A DNA stretch of 64,000 nucleotides from Antedon mediterranea (taxonomy: Eukaryota > Animalia > Echinodermata), in NCBI RefSeq assembly GCF_964355755.1, contig NC_092670.1, forward strand, positions 14,246,795-14,310,794, given 5' to 3'. Made by a program: the position numbers and the translations under genes. A model generated the notes under the pieces. It saw only the letters and a program-made list of their open reading frames with translations, was not told the origin of the DNA and ran no database searches. Of the stretch, positions 61,601-64,000 are shown in pieces (positions within the stretch are counted from its first letter, which is position 1; each line of letters starts with the position of its first letter).

Positions 61601-63711
61601 TTTAACCCAAAAATAAATCTAAATTAAATCTAGATATCCCATACTAGTGATGATTTATTTTGAGAAATGTACACTGTTTAGGCTTTCAAAAAAAGAAAAC
61701 TGGAAAATTGCTGAACTTGAGTATAAATTATTTTAATAAATTGTCTCGGCACAAATATAAAATCTGTAACAACATCATGGAAACTTGAATTTAATTATTT
61801 AATTCCAAACTATGTAAAATAGTGTATTTTATCAAATTGTATTTTTCTTTTATTCTTAATGAACAGACGAAGAAGCTCCATATATAGCTGGTTGTCCAAT
61901 GGACATTGTTTTGAACACTACAAGTATGTTATCACATGCTAATGCTACTTGGATGACTCCAAATGCTACAGATAATTCAGGCAATGTTACCTTAGTCGCT
62001 ACACATTACCCTGGTGATGGCTTTGCAGCAACAATAACTCAAGTTACTTACACAGCAACTGATCCGTATGGAAACGAAGACATCTGTATATTTAATGTTA
62101 CTGTAATCGGTAAGTAATGTTTAAATGTATAACAAACATATATAATTAAAATTACCTTAGCAGTGCATGTAATTAAAGATGTATTGTCCCCCTGAAAAAA
62201 TAATTCTTAATTTTTTTTTTAATATTCCATTTTAATGTAACATAATAGTTATCCACATTGACCAAAAATTGGATCGAAAAACAATGTATTTACCTGAAAA
62301 AATGTAATTTAAACCAAAAAAAAAGGTCAAATTGGCTGCCAGCCAATGGCTTTTTGGTTGAATTTAACCTTTTTTTTTTTGTTTTTTTTTCTATGGAAGT
62401 GATTAATTTTTTTTAAACTACAAAATAACACATTCAAAGTCTGATTTAATCAATCTTCATTTTTCATGTTTTTGGGTGACAAATACATCTTTAACCATGT
62501 TTTATGCACATTGTACATATTAAACTCTTATTTCAAAATATGAATAATGTATTTTTTCAATTATTTATACAGATACAGAGTCTCCTACTTTAGACTGTGT
62601 GTCCAATGTGACTGTTTACACTGATTTAAATTCAGCAACAGCTAATGTATCTTGGCGAATACCAGAAACAACAGACAACAGTGGGTTAGAACCTATATTA
62701 ACCTCTAACTATGAACCCTATACACTGTTTGATATTGGAACAACTCTAGTAATGTACACATCAACAGATACATCAGATAATGGAGAAACTTGCACGTTTA
62801 ATGTAACTGTAATTGGTAAGTTAACTTTATATGACAAAATACATTAACAAAAATACTAAAATATATAGAAAGTTAAAAGTTCCTTTGTGGTATTTATTAT
62901 TTTATTGTAGATAATGAAGATCCAGTATTTGATTGTCCTGACAACATTATGGTATATACAGATGAGTCACAATATTATTCAACTGTTTATTGGAATGTGT
63001 CAGTTACTGATAATTCAGGTAATGTTACGTATAATTGTACAAGTGAATCTGGTGACCAGTTTGATGCTGTTTGGCCAATAATACAACAAAACGTAAGCTG
63101 TATGACACAGGATCCATCAGGAAATGACGCATCTTGCTTTTTCACCGTAACGGTCGATGGTGAGTATATCATGATTGTGAAGATTGTCTTTTACAATTCA
63201 ATTCTACAATGTTAAATCAAAATACAAAGACAACAAATAATTGTTTTCAATATTAATCTATAAGTTTAGTAAAAAATGTTGTCACGGTGTATTTAGTTAG
63301 TGTTCTATAGATTTTACAAAATCTTGTTTTAGAAATATTATTACATTAATATTATTAACTTGTCACTCTGTTATTTACAGAGTAAGTATCAGTCAGCAAT
63401 AAATTGATTGGTTTAAAATTTGGGAATTGTCAATAATTCTGTTTTTCTTATAGATAATGAGAATCCAAATATAACATGTCCCAGTGATTTCAATGTGACA
63501 ACAAACAATGGACAACCAACAGCTTGGATTCAATGGGATGTTGAATACACAGACAATACAGAATCTTTATATAATCTCAGCCTAACAGGATCAGGTTTAG
63601 ATTATAATCCATCTGGTGAAAACTTTCCTATTGGAACAACAACACTTAAGTATATAGTAACTGATGCATTTGGAAACACTGATAGCTGTACATTTGATGT
63701 CACTGTGCGAG
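23985..63711 (+). CDS. Large secreted hyalin-like HYR-repeat protein (5' part, continues beyond the window). Exons: 23985-24054 (signal peptide), 30832-31092, 38375-38632, 38851-39114, 40042-40323, 41169-41447, 41990-42244, 43015-43296, 45660-45950, 46448-46702, 46803-47087, 47594-47842, 47991-48245, 48346-48630, 49124-49372, 49521-49775, 49876-50160, 50654-50902, 51051-51305, 51405-51689, 52215-52463, 52612-52866, 52966-53250, 53776-54024, 54686-54937, 55888-56175, 56490-56741, 57182-57424, 57812-58054, 58675-58929, 59331-59588, 59962-60204, 60345-60587, 60683-60931, 61236-61493, 61867-62109, 62573-62815, 62911-63159, 63454-63711
   Basis: Each exon is 243-291 nt, a multiple of 3, AG/GT-bounded and phase 1-1. 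Most encode D-x-E-x-P-x(3-5)-C-P...V-x-W-x-x-P-x-A-x-D-N...F-x-x-G-x-T-x-V-x-Y-x-A-x-D-x-x-G-N-x(3-4)-C-x-F-x-V-x-V, the HYR (hyalin repeat, PF02494) consensus. Many N-x-S/T sequons. Confidence 0.9.
25150..25620 (+). mobile_element. Probable LINE 3'-UTR remnant ending in AATAAAT(GAAT)n
   Basis: T-rich body ending AATAATAAATGAATGAATG; it truncates the MITE at 25056. A similar remnant lies at about 31340-31790. Confidence 0.4.
25988..27787 (+). mobile_element. Non-autonomous hAT-type element, copy 1 (1800 bp, three internal ~300-bp repeats)
   Basis: TIR CAGGGGTGGCGCCAG / CTGGCGCCACCACTG; perfect 8-bp TSD ATCGACTG (25980-25987, 27788-27795). Confidence 0.92.
28665..29243. repeat. Degenerate TGTCGCACTTTGTAATAA-based array related to the 16426-17311 satellite
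   Basis: Same core motif with variable 2-8 bp linkers. Confidence 0.85.
31788..32332. mobile_element. Inverted-repeat (foldback) element with degenerate Penelope-type hammerhead motifs; contains a mini-MITE at about 32196-32270
   Basis: TTTTATCAAACCAATGG..GAATTACGAGATTAGATGG pairs with CCATCTAATCTCGTAATTC..CCATTGGTTTGATAAAA, and inner arms also pair. Nested CCAGGGAGTTGTTATTAGT / ACTAATAACAACTCCCTGG. Confidence 0.7.
32359..33176. mobile_element. Ginger-like non-autonomous DNA transposon with TTGCGCAA subterminal arrays
   Basis: TGT...ACA termini, TIR TGTTATGCGCGATTTGAACGATTTGCGCAATTT and 4-bp TSD TGTA. Confidence 0.78.
33200..33380. mobile_element. DNA transposon end with GGTCC/GCCAAAA subterminal repeats (CAC-starting, CMC-like)
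   Basis: Repeated CCAAAA..GTCCGG..GGACC..TTTTGGC motifs; no partner end recognised. Confidence 0.45.
33884..34645. mobile_element. MULE (Mutator-like) MITE
   Basis: TIR GGCGCTACTGCAGTTTCGCACCACAC / GTGTGGTGCGAAACTGCAGTAGCGCC, extending imperfectly for about 100 bp; perfect 9-bp TSD ATATATTTT. Confidence 0.85.
35015..36616 (+). mobile_element. hAT-type element, copy 2 (two internal repeats)
   Basis: Same TIRs as copy 1; perfect 8-bp TSD CCCGTATC (35007-35014, 36617-36624). Confidence 0.92.
36929..38113 (-). mobile_element. hAT-type element, copy 3, inverted and one-ended (one internal repeat)
   Basis: Reverse complement of copies 1/2 from CTGGCGCCACCCCTG (ending 38113) back to about 36929; the other TIR is absent. 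Confidence 0.88.
40456..40847 (+). mobile_element. Retroposed AT-rich insert with poly(A) tail and TSD
   Basis: Ends TCAAT followed by a pure A run of about 33; AAAACTGCCATT at 40444-40455 and 40848-40859. Confidence 0.75.
43360..44977 (+). mobile_element. 5'-truncated, frameshifted CR1/L2-type LINE (reverse transcriptase pseudogene)
   Basis: Fragments FPTALKVAKVIPLFKKG..NYRPISILP, QYGFR, FIDFSKAFDTINH, GVPQGSVLGP.LF, LFADDT, FLGVKLDKHITWKSHI and YGLEVWG lie in different frames; AATAAA + (TAT)n tail. Confidence 0.93.
46448..54060 (+). repeat. Higher-order tandem array: five copies of a three-HYR-exon unit (A-B-C), period 1530-1561 bp
   Basis: C-exon ORF starts at 47569, 49099, 50629, 52190 and 53751; exons and introns are near-identical between units. 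Confidence 0.95.
55462..55498 (-). ncRNA. Minimal type I hammerhead ribozyme (Penelope-like element type)
   Basis: Minus strand GCA-CTGATGA-A-GGGC-TAGTGTT-GCCC-GAAA-GC-TC|TGC: intact core, 4-bp stem II, palindromic AGCT stem III and 3-bp stem I. It lies in a ~180-bp segment between (TA)n tracts. Confidence 0.72.
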
Positions 63712-64000
63712 GTGAATACAAAATGATTTGGTTTTTAACTTTTCTTTCTTCTGATTATCCTATGTTATATCAGCCTGTTAATGTCTGCAATATTTCTAGA
63801 TGTTAATATTGTTGCATTTTTAACCCAAAAATAAATCTAAATTAAATCTAGATATCCCATAATAGTGATGATTTATTTTGAGAAATGTACACTGTTTAGG
63901 CTTTCAAAAAAAGAAAACTGGAAAATTGCTGAACTTGAGTATAAATTATTTTAATAAATTGTCTCGGCACAAATATAAAATCTGTAACAACATCATGGAA
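57812..64000 (+). repeat. Higher-order tandem array: four-HYR-exon unit (D-E-F-G), about 2.75 copies in the window
   Basis: D exons at 57812/60345/62573, E at 58675/60683/62911, F at 59331/61236/63454, G at 59962/61867; F-G introns are near-identical. Confidence 0.93.
62177..62490. mobile_element. Kolobok-like MITE with TTAA TSD
   Basis: TTAA-AGATGTATTGTCCCC ... GGGTGACAAATACATCT-TTAA; the paralogous empty site CATGTAATTAACCATG is at 60261-60276. Confidence 0.88.

Noticed and set aside
30795-63806. Treating each HYR ORF as a separate small gene
   Set aside because: HYR similarity starts and stops exactly at AG/GT sites in a constant phase; the ORF starts and tails are intronic read-through.

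Overview
AT-rich, intron-rich animal genomic DNA (features fit a marine invertebrate such as an echinoderm; this is inference, not a database result). Three spliced protein-coding genes lie on the + strand: (1) the 3' part of the mismatch-repair gene MSH6 (17 exons, 53-14402; the 5' part lies upstream of the window); (2) a complete four-exon CYP2-clan cytochrome P450 (17564-22030, 492 aa); (3) the 5' part of a very large secreted hyalin-like protein: a signal-peptide exon (23985-24054) followed by 38 phase-1/phase-1 exons, each encoding one HYR domain (30832-63711, continuing beyond the window), including two young higher-order exon arrays (a 3-exon unit of 1530/1561 bp and a 4-exon unit of about 1.9-2.2 kb). 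Introns and intergenic DNA hold many mobile elements, many with readable TIRs and TSDs (hAT, Harbinger, MULE, Ginger-like, Kolobok-like, P/hAT foldback), tRNA- and 5S-derived SINEs, a dead CR1/L2-type LINE, a poly(A)+TSD retroposed insert, Penelope-type hammerhead ribozyme motifs and several minisatellites. No CRISPR array or prokaryotic system is present. All coordinates were read by eye and may be off by a few bases for repeats.
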